DNA from: Selaginella moellendorffii
Lineage: Eukaryota > Plantae > Lycopodiophyta
DNA length: 64,000 nucleotides
Direction: 5' to 3'
NCBI RefSeq assembly: GCF_000143415.4
Contig: NW_003314361.1
Coordinates: 310,001 to 374,000 of the forward strand
Below the pieces are notes generated by a model. The model saw only the letters and a program-made list of their open reading frames with translations. It was not told the origin of the DNA and ran no database searches. The translations under genes were made by a program, and so were the position numbers. How positions within the stretch are numbered: the stretch's first letter is position 1; each line of letters opens with the position of its first letter. This document shows positions 1-10,846 of the stretch, one piece after another.

Positions 1-1839
1 CTTGGAGGTGTGTTGATGCAAGAGAGCTCAAGTGTGCCTAGTCAGTGCCATCCTATTGCGTATATAAGCCATACATTACAACCAGCAAAAATGAACTACT
101 CCACAACAGAGAAGGAGTGTTTAGCAGCAGTTTGGGGTTCCGAGAAACTTCATGCATATCTACATGGTTCTCGGATGTTACTTGAAGGTGATCATGCTGT
201 TGTTACTTCATTATTGAAGCAGAAGAACCTGGTTGGTCGTACTGCTCGATGGGCTTTAAAGCTTCAGATATATGATTTTGATGTTGTTTATCGCCCAGGG
301 AGTTCTATGGCTGATGTTGATGCCCTATCTCGAGCTCCTCTTCCTTCTCCATTCTCTTCTCATGTTTCTGATGAGCCTATTGTTCCAGCCTCTGTGGATT
401 TTCTAGACGAGGATTCTGTATTGTCGGCGGTTGCTGTACTTGACGTTCAATGTCCACAAGGTGCAGAGCAAGATCTACCTTCTCTTGATGAGGTTCATGA
501 GGCTCAAAAGATTGAGTCATGGATTCGAAGGCTTCGAGATGGGTTTGAGAATCCTGCATCACTTGCTAATGACTTGCTTTTCCGACATTTACATTCTCAA
601 TATCACCTTGAAGACGGCCTTCTTTATTTTGTGGGGACGGATCTTGATGATCATTTACAGCTGGTGGTGCCTTCTATCTTTATTCCGCGGTTTCTCCATG
701 CCTACCATGATTCCCCTGTTCTAGGTGGGCATATGGGACATCGTCGTGTAACCGAGAAGTTGCACAGGTCTTTCTATTGGCCGGAGATGCGACGTGATAT
801 TATCCGGTATGTGCATAGCTGTGTTTGGTGCCAAGCTCGTAATACTCCCCCTTGGGCTGCGGAAGGACGATTGGAGTCAATTGCAGTTTCCCGTCCGTTT
901 GAGTTGGTGGCGTTTGATCTTATGGGACCTTTTCCACGGTCAACTGCTGGTAATGAGTATGTTATTATTGCTTCTGACTACTTGACTCGTTGGTTGGAAG
1001 TTGGTGCTTTTGCTAGCGCCTCTGCAACTGCTGTTGGATACTTCCTCCTCAATCGAGTGGTGTTCCAACATTCTTGTCCAGAGTAGATTCTTTTGGATAA
1101 TGGTCCCGCATTTATGGCTGAGGCATTTCATGTTTTGACTTCTCGATTGGGGATACGCCACACTTTCACAAGTGCTTATCATCCACAATCAGACGGTCTG
1201 GTGGAACGGCTCATTCGGACATTCAAGGGGATGATTGCAAAGTATGTGAACTTTCAGCATTCGGATTGGGATGGTTATTTGCCGTCTCTTCGGTATGCAT
1301 ATGTCACAGGGGTGCAGAGTTCTATTAGTGCTTCACCATATAAACTCTTATATGGTCATGATCTAATATTACGAACGAAATTAGGTTTACCTTCACGATT
1401 GCCACGAGCTGCAGATGCTAGGTCATGGGATCAGTATTTGACGAGCATTCTTCCACTTGTCCGAGCGGAGTCTGCCGAACACTTAGGCTGCCTACAAGTG
1501 GGACAACAACGGCAGTACAACTCCCATCATCGTGCACCTGCGAAGTACAAAATGGATGATTTGGTGTTAGTCTATTTTCCCCATCTTACGGTACATGGTT
1601 TATCTAAGGGGCTCCTTGCACAGTGGAAAGGACCATATCAGGTGTTACGGCAAGTTGGACTACAAGTTTATAAGGTTCGGCATAACGTCCAGCAAGCCGA
1701 TCCTCCAAAGATTGTGCATATGCAGCGGTTGAAACGCTGTATACAAAGGGATCAGGAGCAGTTAATACCACCTACAGATTCGCCAATGCCTCCTCCTAAC
1801 GTTCCTCCAGGTCCCGGCCTGTCTACAAGAGAACCCTGA
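1..1839 (+). mobile_element. Ty3/gypsy retrotransposon pol, 3' part (RNase H + integrase), truncated by window edge, in-frame stop
   Basis: RNase H motifs (PIAYISHTL..NYSTTEKECLA), integrase zinc finger (H..GH..C..C), DDE core (AFDLMGP, DNGPAF, YHPQSDGLVER) and GPY motif (QWKGPYQV). ORFs 10-1086 and 1093-1839 are in frame across TAG 1084-1086. Confidence 0.95.
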
Positions 1840-1856
1840 TAGTCTTCCATTATTCC

Positions 1857-1871
1857 GAGAGAGGGGGATGA
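1857..1871 (+). promoter_or_regulatory. Polypurine tract of the gypsy element
   Basis: gagagagggggatga directly after the integrase and directly before the TG start of the LTR. Confidence 0.8.
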
Positions 1872-2046
1872 TGTGAGGGCCAAGTGTATGGCTACGATGC
1901 CGTATATTAATATTAGCATAGTGGGATTTTGGTAGCCGTCGGATTGGTTTCAATCCGGACCATTCACTCATGTATATAAACTAAGGTTTTTGGGCTAATT
2001 GATATGCACATTTCTGTATTCCCTTTCCATATTCCAAGCACTCACA
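1872..2046 (+). mobile_element. 3' LTR (175 bp)
   Basis: Starts TGTGAG and ends CTCACA (6-bp terminal inverted repeat). TATA-like tatataaa at about 1973-1980. Sequence after 2046 matches an element-free paralogous site at about 12171. Confidence 0.85.
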
Positions 2047-3667
2047 AAAGCAATTTTAAGTATCATATTTTATAAAACCTTATAAATTTACAAACTATTT
2101 AAATAGGATAACATAAGTATAAGTTGGTGTGACTATTAAGAATAGATTTTTATTTCTAAATATTATTTATAATTATTTTTTAATACCTTATGTATGTTAA
2201 GATAATAGAAGTATTTAAAAATTATTAAATAGAAAATTTTAAAAATATTTTTTATTAACTTAAATTTATCTTTTACAAATGTAAGAAGATTAATAACTTA
2301 ATATTATATAAGTATTATAATATAAGTCTTGTAGTTATTAGATTGCAATTTTAAGAATTTTATGGTAGTAATTACCTGATTACTTTTAGATAATCAAGAG
2401 TATAACCAAACATTTTCATACTTATATATGAATACATTCGTCTTCATAGCTAGTTTAAATGCTTTACTAATATTAATTTAAATTAACCATATAAAAGTAA
2501 GGTTTCTAAGACTCTGTAATTAAATGTTCATTACAATCATTTTTTTCTAATTTATGATTATTCTTATATAACTATTACACATGTCTTTTATTTTCCCTCT
2601 GAAATGTTCAAGAAAGAAGAGGAAAAGTACAAAACAACAAACAAAGTGATGGATTTAGTAATGAGATTGTTTCTCTTCTGAACTTAATATTTGATTAGAT
2701 TAGCTTTGTTTTTAGAATTGTTATTACATTTTTTAAATCTATAAAATTGTATTGTAGTTTATAATTTTCTAACCAAGCATATAGGAGTGAATGTACCTGA
2801 ATATACCTAGATATGCTTGGATATTTTAGTATATTCTATCATCTATTATAAACATGTGTAGTATCTTAAATTTATAAATCCATTCATTTATATTAATAAT
2901 ATATTTATAAATATAAATATAGGTGCGACTTCGTCCGGCTTTGCTCCTTCCAAGTTCATCTCGTGAAAGAAAGTGATGGCGAGCTTTGCATGGCCGTTGT
3001 GGGCGAGTGCTGTGAGCAAAGAGTTACAGGTTTTATCGACGTGCTCGCTTCCATGGTAGGGAGAATCCATTGAAACGTTACACTTGGTCATGTTTATAAA
3101 CATCTCTCTGGCTTCCTCAAGATACCCATTCTGGGCATATACGCTCACCATAGCTGCCCATGATACCACGTCCCTCTCCACGCTTTGATCAAACACTCTC
3201 TTTGCATGGCCAGCTTGGCCGCTTTGAGAGAAGCCCACCACCATTATTGTCCACGAAACCACTTCTTTGTGCGGCATTCTCTCGAAGCGTATTCCAGCCT
3301 CTCGGATATGGGCGTTTGTGACGTATTCATTGAGCACGGTGTTCCACGATCGAGAACTCTGGTGTGGATGAGATCGAGCAAAGCCAGAGCTCGATCCATG
3401 CGGTCGCTGCTCGAGTATCCCGCGATCATGGTGTTCCACGAGACGGTGTCGTGCTTTGGCATCGAGCAAAACACCGCTTCGGCGAGATCGATCTGGTTGG
3501 AGCTCGAGTAAGCGACGAGCATGGAGTTCCAGGTGACAATCAGCCTGGACGAGATCTCCTGCTTCACAGAGAATTCGGATCATCGTGTTCCACGACTCGA
3601 GATCTCGCGCGGGCATCCTCCAAAACGTCGCGATAGCTTCTTCGAGACAGCCACTCTGGACGAACGC
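2047..3667 (+). repeat. Direct segmental duplication of 12171-13663 (AT-rich spacer + PPR 3' part)
   Basis: Long co-linear matches in both copies, e.g. caattttaagtatcat, gagtgaatgtacctgaatatacctagatatgctt, gagacagccac(t/a)ctggacgaacgc. Confidence 0.92.
2925..3667 (-). pseudogene. PLS-class PPR pseudogene fragment
   Basis: PPR motifs split across frames (MPARDLESWNTMI / MPKHDTVSWNTMIAGY / MPHKEVVSWTIMV), no start codon, frameshifts. Confidence 0.88.
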
Positions 3668-3686
3668 GGCTGATGAGCGGACCTTC

Positions 3687-3770
3687 GACGTAATGAGGCT
3701 AGCGCCGCCGCTGGTCATCTCGGATGCGGAGCTGGAGCAGTGCGTGGTGAGCTACATTTCTTCGCTGGAA
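3687..3770 (+). pseudogene. Duplicated C-terminal fragment of acetylornithine aminotransferase
   Basis: Encodes [28 protein letters not shown], against [31 protein letters not shown] at 7918-8013 (-). Confidence 0.9.
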
Positions 3771-4042
3771 AAAACAAGTTTGTCACATTCCAGAAGCTGG
3801 GATTAGAGCGAAATGAAGGATCAATCCATGGGAAGTCCGTGAGCTCTGAGTCGAGGAACACTACAACACGAACTCAAGTCGGAGGAACCCTTCTTGACTA
3901 TGAATTTTGTGTAGTGGATGATCGCTTCGTCAAGGAAATTTGGGCCCACGAGAGCCGTGGCCGAGTTGGAGGTCCCGCGTATAAAGTAGAAGCTCTCGCT
4001 TCTTCACATTACACATATTCTCTACGCTCTCCGCCTCCGCAA

Positions 4043-4694
4043 ATGGCTCCTCGTCTCCTCACACTTTTGATCTTGGTGGTGGTGACTCTGGGAGTGATTG
4101 AAGTGAGTGCTCTCGATCCTTGTTCGCCACAATAGCTCTGATAGATAGATATCTCACGTTTTGATCTACAATCTTCCATTTTAGATAGACATCTCAATGT
4201 TTATTCCATGCTAGATATATTCCATCTCACTTTCCATGCGAGATATATCTCACGTTTAGATCTCAATTTCGCAATATCTCACGGTTGGATTGATAGAAAG
4301 ATATCTCGATCACGTGTTTATCTCAATCTTGATCCAGATGTTTCAAGTTTGATCCAATCTTTTCTTACGTGAGTGTCTGTTTGTTGTGCAGGCCCAGTGC
4401 GATTTCTCCCGATCCTGCAGCGGCATAACTTATGGCGGCAGCACCCTGATTGCAAACTGCGTGAACCAAGCCGGTGCCACGGTGCGCTCGCAGATTGATC
4501 TAAACACCTGCGTGGGCAACAACAATGGGCAGCTCGACTGCTCGAGCGGCTACTTCCAGTCGTGCGCCGGTATCCAGTACTCGGGCACCACCGTCAGTGC
4601 GACGTGCCCCAGCGTCTCCAACCAGCCCATCTTCTCTTCGCGCGACCTCAACAGTTGCGTCCGAAACAGCAATGGCAACCTCCAGTGTTGCTGA
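4043..4694 (+). CDS. Secreted cyanovirin-N homolog (CVNH) lectin; exons 4043-4102, 4392-4694
   Basis: Signal peptide exon MAPRLLTLLILVVVTLGVIE and a GT-AG intron. Then two ~50-aa internal repeats (DFSRSC..STLIANC..SQIDLNTCVGNNNGQL / YFQSC..TVSATC..SSRDLNSCVRNSNGNL) typical of cyanovirin-N. TATA tataaa at about 3980. Confidence 0.9.
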
Positions 4695-4962
4695 GAATCG
4701 CATATCTCATGTATGCGGTGATTAGAGGCTGGTTGTGTAGTAACAATTTAGGCCTCATGAAATAAAATGCGGTGATGATCTCTTTAACTGTTCTATGATT
4801 TTTGTCAAGAGTAATGAGAAGTAGTAGTTTTTTTTGTATCATGGCAATGAGCTATGGATGTATGAAATCAGTAGATCATCCCAAATGAAATAAATGAGAA
4901 TTAGTGTGGCTTTCATATAAGTTTACAGCAATTAGCTATAGAATTTTGCGATCTTTCCCCTT

Positions 4963-5076
4963 GACGGGGACAATTATGTGTTTCCCTTCGCGGCTATGAT
5001 CAAAAACGTGTTTCTCACTGACCAATGACCAGGGCTTGCCGTTTGCGATCATAGGAAACACTTAATTGTCCTTGTC
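4963..5076 (+). other. Long imperfect hairpin (pre-miRNA-like or MITE-derived)
   Basis: Arm GACGGGGACAATTATGTGTTTC..CTATGATCaaAAACG pairs with CGTTTgcGATCATAGGAAACACTTAATTGTCCTTGTC. The stem has two G:U pairs, one U:U mismatch, a 9-nt bulge, a 2x2 mismatch and a 31-nt loop. Confidence 0.55.
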
Positions 5077-7073
5077 TGCCATCCTCCATAGTTTAGGTCC
5101 ATTATTTCTGGGAAAAATCTCATGAACTCTTTGAATGAAAGTGTAGAAATGAATGAAAATAACAAAAATCTATCGCTCATTGTCATTAAACTTATATAAA
5201 AGAATCTTTCCCAGAAAGAATGGTCTTTGCATGGTCAGTTGATATTGTCTACAAGCAGTAATACATACCTCACCAGCTATTGGAGCATCCACTTATATGG
5301 CCCTGTTCCTTAAGCTATTGTGACCTTATACCAGCATTATGCTTCCTTAGAATGAAGGTTGAGTGACACCTCCTTCATCAAGAACCAAGCAACCGAGGCC
5401 TGTCGTCGATTATAACTTTAATGTTGCATTACCCTTTGACTATAACTTGGGAACTGATGTTGTTTGGCTTTCACCTCCAACGACATCATCCATCACCAGC
5501 ATAAGTATTAATATCTTTTTAAATGCTTCTTGGTTTGCTCTTGTTATGTTCTTGCTGGCTATAATGGCCATTGTCACTCACATCAAACACATTTAAATTA
5601 ATTATATATTTCTAGAATTCACATTTATAAATTTTGTAAATTTTTGCATAATTTTTTCATATTTTTTATATATAAATAAAAGTATGTTTTTCTCTGTTCA
5701 ATATACTAATATATGGTACTTTTAATCCTTTTGATTCTTTGTAATCATAATTGTAATCTATATTTTCTATTATTATTGAGATATCTTGAATGATATATTA
5801 TTAAAATTTAATATTAGTTTACATTTTTTTTATAATGTATATAGTATGCACATATTTAGATTTTTTCAGAAGTTTATATATAGTATCGCAATATCGTATA
5901 TAGTTTCTTTAAAAATTCACTCAAAGGTATATATATAATCAATACAAAAATATAAATATTTGATATATATTGAATATAAAATATGCTAATACCAATTTTT
6001 GTATAAAACATATATAACCTATGTTTTTTATTGATCTATCATTAAAAATGAAAAAGAAGACAACTCATAATTAAAAATCTGTTAAAGTTGTTAAAACACT
6101 TTTACTTGAAAAATCTGGTGGTTAAGTATTCTTGGTCAAATTACATATTGTAAGCTTAGGAAAATAGCTAATAGCAAATTATCTACTTTGAAGACTCTAT
6201 TAAACCACACAGAAAAACACTTGTTAAATATTAATTCCAAAACTTGACATTAGCAAGTTCTTGTAATTGTGAAGACAGGCCAATGAAGGGGATTTCATCT
6301 CCACTTATCTTTTCATAGTGTGACTATTGTTGAAGAATGATTTCCTTCAACTGCTACATCTTGTTGGCAAGACTCCATTTGAACCAACAGAATATATTGA
6401 TTGGATTATCAAGAATCAATATTTGATTATATTTAATATTTATTAAAATTTATATTTATTGTGTTAATATTTATTCTATGCTTAATACATTGTAAAACAA
6501 AATTACATTACAAATCCAAACTCTCCATAGCAGCAAAAGTCGTGATATGAACCACACACTTTCTTGCCTAGTAGGTGGCTTACACATTACTGCAATTGCT
6601 TAAGGTGTTATAGTTTTGGCCACAAGGATGGCTTGTTGGCTGATTTTCCATATAAAATTTTGAGTTATAGTAATTATACAAGCTTTTGTGAAATTTTATC
6701 ACTAATACCTCAACATTAATGTGATTCATCACTTCTACCTAATAAACAAGATAGAGATTGATGAAAAGTTTACATGAATTGCTAATAACACACTAGATAA
6801 TATTTTAAAGGTAAGAAAATAAATCAAAAGCAATGGTTTTTTTTCTTCCACAACAGAACTTCTTGAAATTTGTATCAGAATATATATAAATTATAAGATT
6901 TTATTTTGTTTTTAAACTTTCAAAACCTTAACTGAATAAACCTAAATTCGAAAAATAAGGTGGAAAAGTGTTTCCGCATGCTCTTTGGCAAAAATCATTC
7001 CAAGCTCATTGCCACCGATCCAAAACTTAGATTAAACCTACATCACATTTATTTGATGAGATATGAGAATTTC

Positions 7074-7676
7074 TCAGCAACACTGGAGGTTGCCATTGCT
7101 GTTTCGGACGCAACTGTTAAGGTCGCGAGTGGAGAAGATGCCCTGGCCGGAGACGCTGGTGCACGTCGCACTGACGGTGGTGCCCGAGTACTGGATACCG
7201 CGCACGACTGGAAGTAACCGCTCGAGCAGTCGAGCTGACCGTTGTTGTTGCCCACGCAGGTGTTTAGATCAATCTGCGAGCGCACCGTGGCACCGGCTTG
7301 GTTCACGCAGTTTGCAATCAGGGTGCTGCCGCCATAAGTTATGCAGAAATCGCACTGGGCCTGCACAAACAGACGCTCACGTAAGATCTTGATGCATATT
7401 GATAGATATTGAGTGAGATATCTGGAAGAACAACGAGATATTGAGTGAGATATCTGTCTAGCATGCCCCTAGCATGGAAGAAGAACGAGATATTGAGTGA
7501 GATATCTAGCTAGCATGGAAGATGGAGCGTGAGATATCTATCTCAGATCAAAACATGAGATTTATCTCCAAGGCCTCGACTTTCTATCACGGCGAAAAAG
7601 GATCGAGACCACTCACTTCGATCACTCCCAGAGTCACCACCATCAAGATAAAAAATGTGAGGAGACGAGGAGCCAT
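7074..7676 (-). pseudogene. CVNH paralog, inverted copy, disrupted; exons 7676-7617, 7360-7074
   Basis: Same exon structure as 4043-4694. A 15-nt deletion converts DFSRSCSG to DFC, and a 1-nt deletion at about 7200 (tgcgcggtatc vs tgcgccggtatc) frameshifts the second repeat. Confidence 0.88.
7404..7540. repeat. Intronic short tandem repeats (agatattgagtgagatatct x3)
   Basis: Three near-perfect 20-mers at about 7404, 7436 and 7488, plus repeated gcatggaaga. Related gatatctcacg units occur in the paralog intron 4140-4330. Confidence 0.7.
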
Positions 7677-7917
7677 TTGCAAAGAGCGTAGAGCGTAGAT
7701 AAGATGTGTGTGTGGAGAAGCGAGAGAGCTTCTACTTTATACGTGGTACCACATTCCAGAAGCTGGAATTAGAACAAAATCAAGGATCGTTGGAGTCCAG
7801 ACGAGGAACTTAAACCCTTCTTGACTAAGAGTGTCGTGTATCGGATCGCTTCGTCAAGGATTTTGGGAGGCCAACTAGAGCCGTGGCCGAGTTGTGTTTT
7901 TCTCCGAAGGCTCTTCA

Positions 7918-9480
7918 TCAATCCAGAGAAGAAATGCAGCTCACGAGGATTTCCACGCACTGCTCCAGCTCCGCCTCCGAGATGACCAGCGGCGGCGCTA
8001 ACCTCACCACGTCCCCGGCCCCCGCCGTCAGAACGATCAGCCCTTTGCTGCGAGCCGCCGTCACCAGCGGCGCCGCCGGTACGTCCAGCTGAATCCCAAC
8101 CAGCAGCCCGGCACCACGGACTTCCTTTACGTGCGCGAACGGTGCCAGCCTTCGCGTCAGGAGCTCTCGCAAATGGTTGCCTTTGCCTGCGACGCTGTCT
8201 AGAAAGCCGGGCTCTTGGAGACAATCGAGAACTGCCAGAGCCGCGCTGCAAACCAGAGGACTCCCGGCGAAAGTGCTGCCGTGATCGCCTGGAACAATGG
8301 CGTCCGCTACTGCTTGAGTCACGAGGACAGCTCCAATCGGCAACCCCCCAGCAAGCGGCTTGGCCAGAGTCATGATATCCGGCTCTATGCCGTATGCTTC
8401 GTGCGCCCATAGCTTTCCAGTTCTGCCGAGACCGCACTGGACCTGGAAGTTTTTGGAGGAGTTGACGAAAGAAACAAAAAGAGAGAGTGGAAGCTTACCT
8501 CGTCAAAGACTAGGAGGGTTCCAGTGCTGGAGCACAGCGCTCGAAGGCCTTCGAGGAAATGGCCAATCGCTGGATAGACACCGCCTTCGCCCTGGACAGG
8601 CTCTACAAACACCGCCGCGGTTCTCTGCTGCTGGACGATCTTCTTGGCGGCTTCCAAGTTGCCGAACTCCACAAACTTGACCCCGGGCATGATTGGCTCG
8701 AACGGAGCCCGGTACTTGTCCTTGCTCGTCAGCGCCAGAGCTCCCAGAGTTCTCCCGTGGAAGCTATTGGAGAAGGCCACGAAGTCCGTGGCGATGGGCT
8801 CTTCCACCAGAGGAGGAGATGCCTGCTTGTCACTCATATCTTTGGCTTTCACCCTCTGGTACTTTCTCGCAAACTTGATTGCGGCCTCGTTGGCCTCGGT
8901 GCCAGAGTTGGAGAAGAAGACGCGATCTGCAAAGCAGGATTGGACCAATCTCTCTGCGAGTCTCACCTGGAACCACCATGAACAGAAGAAGTTTTCCATG
9001 CAAACACATCGAGAAGAGATTTCATACCTGAGGCAAGGAGTGATAAACATTGCTGACATGCGCGAGCGTGGTAGCCTGCTCCAAGACGGCTTTCACCCAC
9101 AGCGGATCGCCATGCCCCAGGGAATTCACAGCGATCCCGGCCGCCATGTCCAAGTACTCCTTCCCATCGATGTCGTAGAGCTTGCATCCATGCCCCCTCA
9201 CAAACGCCACTGGAACTCCATCATAAGTATGGACGAACAGCCTCGCCTCGGCATCGATCACGTCCTGGCTACACTCGAGCGGCACTCGCTGCTGCTGCTG
9301 CTCCGTGGCCGCATTTTGGCGCACATCCACCGCCAGCACTTTCTTGGGCAATCTAGGGGCTAGCTTACAGCGAGCTCCAAATCCCGCCCGCGAAAATGCC
9401 ACACCCCGATGCTGCTGCTGCTGCTGCTGGTAGAAAGAGTCGATGTAGCAGCCATTGAGGCCCCCCTGACTGCATGCCAT
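7918..9480 (-). CDS. argD: Acetylornithine aminotransferase, organellar; exons 9480-9028, 8966-8499, 8442-7918
   Basis: Class-III PLP aminotransferase motifs: [44 protein letters not shown]|[26 protein letters not shown]-terminal transit peptide and canonical introns. Confidence 0.95.
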
Positions 9481-9689
9481 ACCTGGCGCCTCCCTGATGC
9501 CCCCAAGAATTGAAGAACCCTATAAACCCCACTGCCACTGTGCGCCATTTCCCCCTAGTAAAAAAGCACAAAAACTTTTAGGGTTCTTCCCGCAATCTTT
9601 TTCTTTTCTTCCGGAGCAGGCTCTTGATATCTTCACTAAAATAGCGAGAATGAAAGCTAACCTCCAATTTGTATTGTGGTATGTGGGGA

Positions 9690-10262
9690 GCATATCTCCC
9701 AGAAATTCCACCAGTTCGATTGATCAAACGTGAAATTCCTTGAGGAACTGCGGTGCTTGGGCCATTTACATCCACCTGTGGATCAAACATCACCATGGAA
9801 GTGAGAGATTTCTATCAAATTCCTTTTGTACCCTTTCAAAGAGTGGGAAGTGTGGCCCAAATCGAGTCGAGACCGTGTCTCTTGCCCGGCGAATTGGTTG
9901 CACGGGAATGCCAGAATCTCTAGCCCTGGGGAATCGCGACTGCATTCGCAGCTATAGCTTGGAGCAAAGACACACAAGATCAAACGGACCTTCGTCCATG
10001 TATTTTACGTGGAGCTAGTTGAGCTCCTTGTACATGCTCGAAGAAGACGCCATGCATGGATCAAATAAGAAATTGGAAATGGAAGGGAGAAAACAAAGAG
10101 GAGACACGCACGACATTGTGGCGACATTGACGATCAAAAGAACTTTGTCTCTGTATTTACTCATGGAAACCTTCTTGCCGTGCTTGTCCTGTGAATCGAT
10201 CAAAAAAGAAGAAACAATGAGTTGGAATACCCTAACAACGATATCCCTGTGAATATGCTTTT
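9690..10262 (-). pseudogene. Glutathione peroxidase (GPX) pseudogene
   Basis: Exon relics EKHIHRDIVVR | DKHGKKVSMSKYRDKVLLIVNVAT | YKELN*LHVKYMDEG | GLEILAFPCNQFAGQE..TRFGPHFPLFE | VDVNGPSTA, with an in-frame TAG and deletions. Confidence 0.85.
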
Positions 10263-10281
10263 CCAATGAAAGGATAGCTAA

Positions 10282-10354
10282 TCCGTTGTAGTCTAGTTGG
10301 TCATGATACTCGGCTCTCACCCGAGAGACCCGGGTTCAAGTCCCGGCAACGGAA
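10282..10354 (+). tRNA. trnE-CTC: tRNA-Glu(CTC)
   Basis: TCCGTTG/CAACGGA acceptor stem, CTCGG-CTCTCAC-CCGAG anticodon arm, GGTTCAAGTCC T-arm. One D-stem mismatch (TGAT rather than GGAT). Confidence 0.93.
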
Positions 10355-10433
10355 GATTCTTGGAACTTTGATTTTAGAAAATCAGAACTTTTTATTTACA
10401 AACTTTTGATTTGTACGTTCTGGGGTTCCATCG

Positions 10434-10846
10434 CTAAGATCCTCCCTCCATTGCTGTGAAGATATCAGTTCTCGTGGCAATGCCTGGAAAATTGACGAGC
10501 TCAGCGAGATCGAGACGGGAAAACACATTACCAATGACTTGGTCCGAGTTGTTAACGATAGGATCTTGCTCTTGAGCATGGTGTTAGATTTAACTCCTCT
10601 TTCTTTTCTTTTTCTACTTTTTTTGTGAGAAAGAAACTCAGTTTTGTCAGCAGATAAGGTGATGGCAGGCGAGCTCATCACTTCCTGAATAGGCGTCTTG
10701 AGCTGGAAGGAATAGAAGAGATTAGAAGAGAACCTTGTCAAATCTATCGTGATACATACCCCTCTAGAGCCTTTGGTTCTATCCTTCCTGGACAGAACAC
10801 CGACGCAGTGAAAATCCTTGTCTACCACCAGGAGCCCGGAGATACC
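10434..10846 (-). pseudogene. CBS-domain protein pseudogene fragment
   Basis: GISGLLVVDKDFHCVGVLSRKD | LKTPIQEVMSSPAITLSADKT | MLKSKI..PIVNNSDQVIG | IATRTDIFTAMEGGS* forms a tandem CBS pair with a frameshifting deletion. Confidence 0.75.

Noticed and set aside
1084-1086. TAG between two in-frame pol ORFs as programmed read-through
   Set aside because: It lies inside the integrase core, not at a gag-pol junction. A nonsense mutation is simpler.
2888-3718. 276-aa ORF as an intact PPR gene
   Set aside because: It crosses the duplication junction, starts in antisense ACOAT sequence and drifts out of the PPR frame.
7404-7540. Spaced 20-mers as a CRISPR array
   Set aside because: Eukaryotic intron, irregular and mutually similar spacers, no cas genes.
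10015-10017. In-frame stop in GPX as selenocysteine or an edited codon
   Set aside because: It is TAG rather than TGA, not at the catalytic position, and accompanied by deletions.
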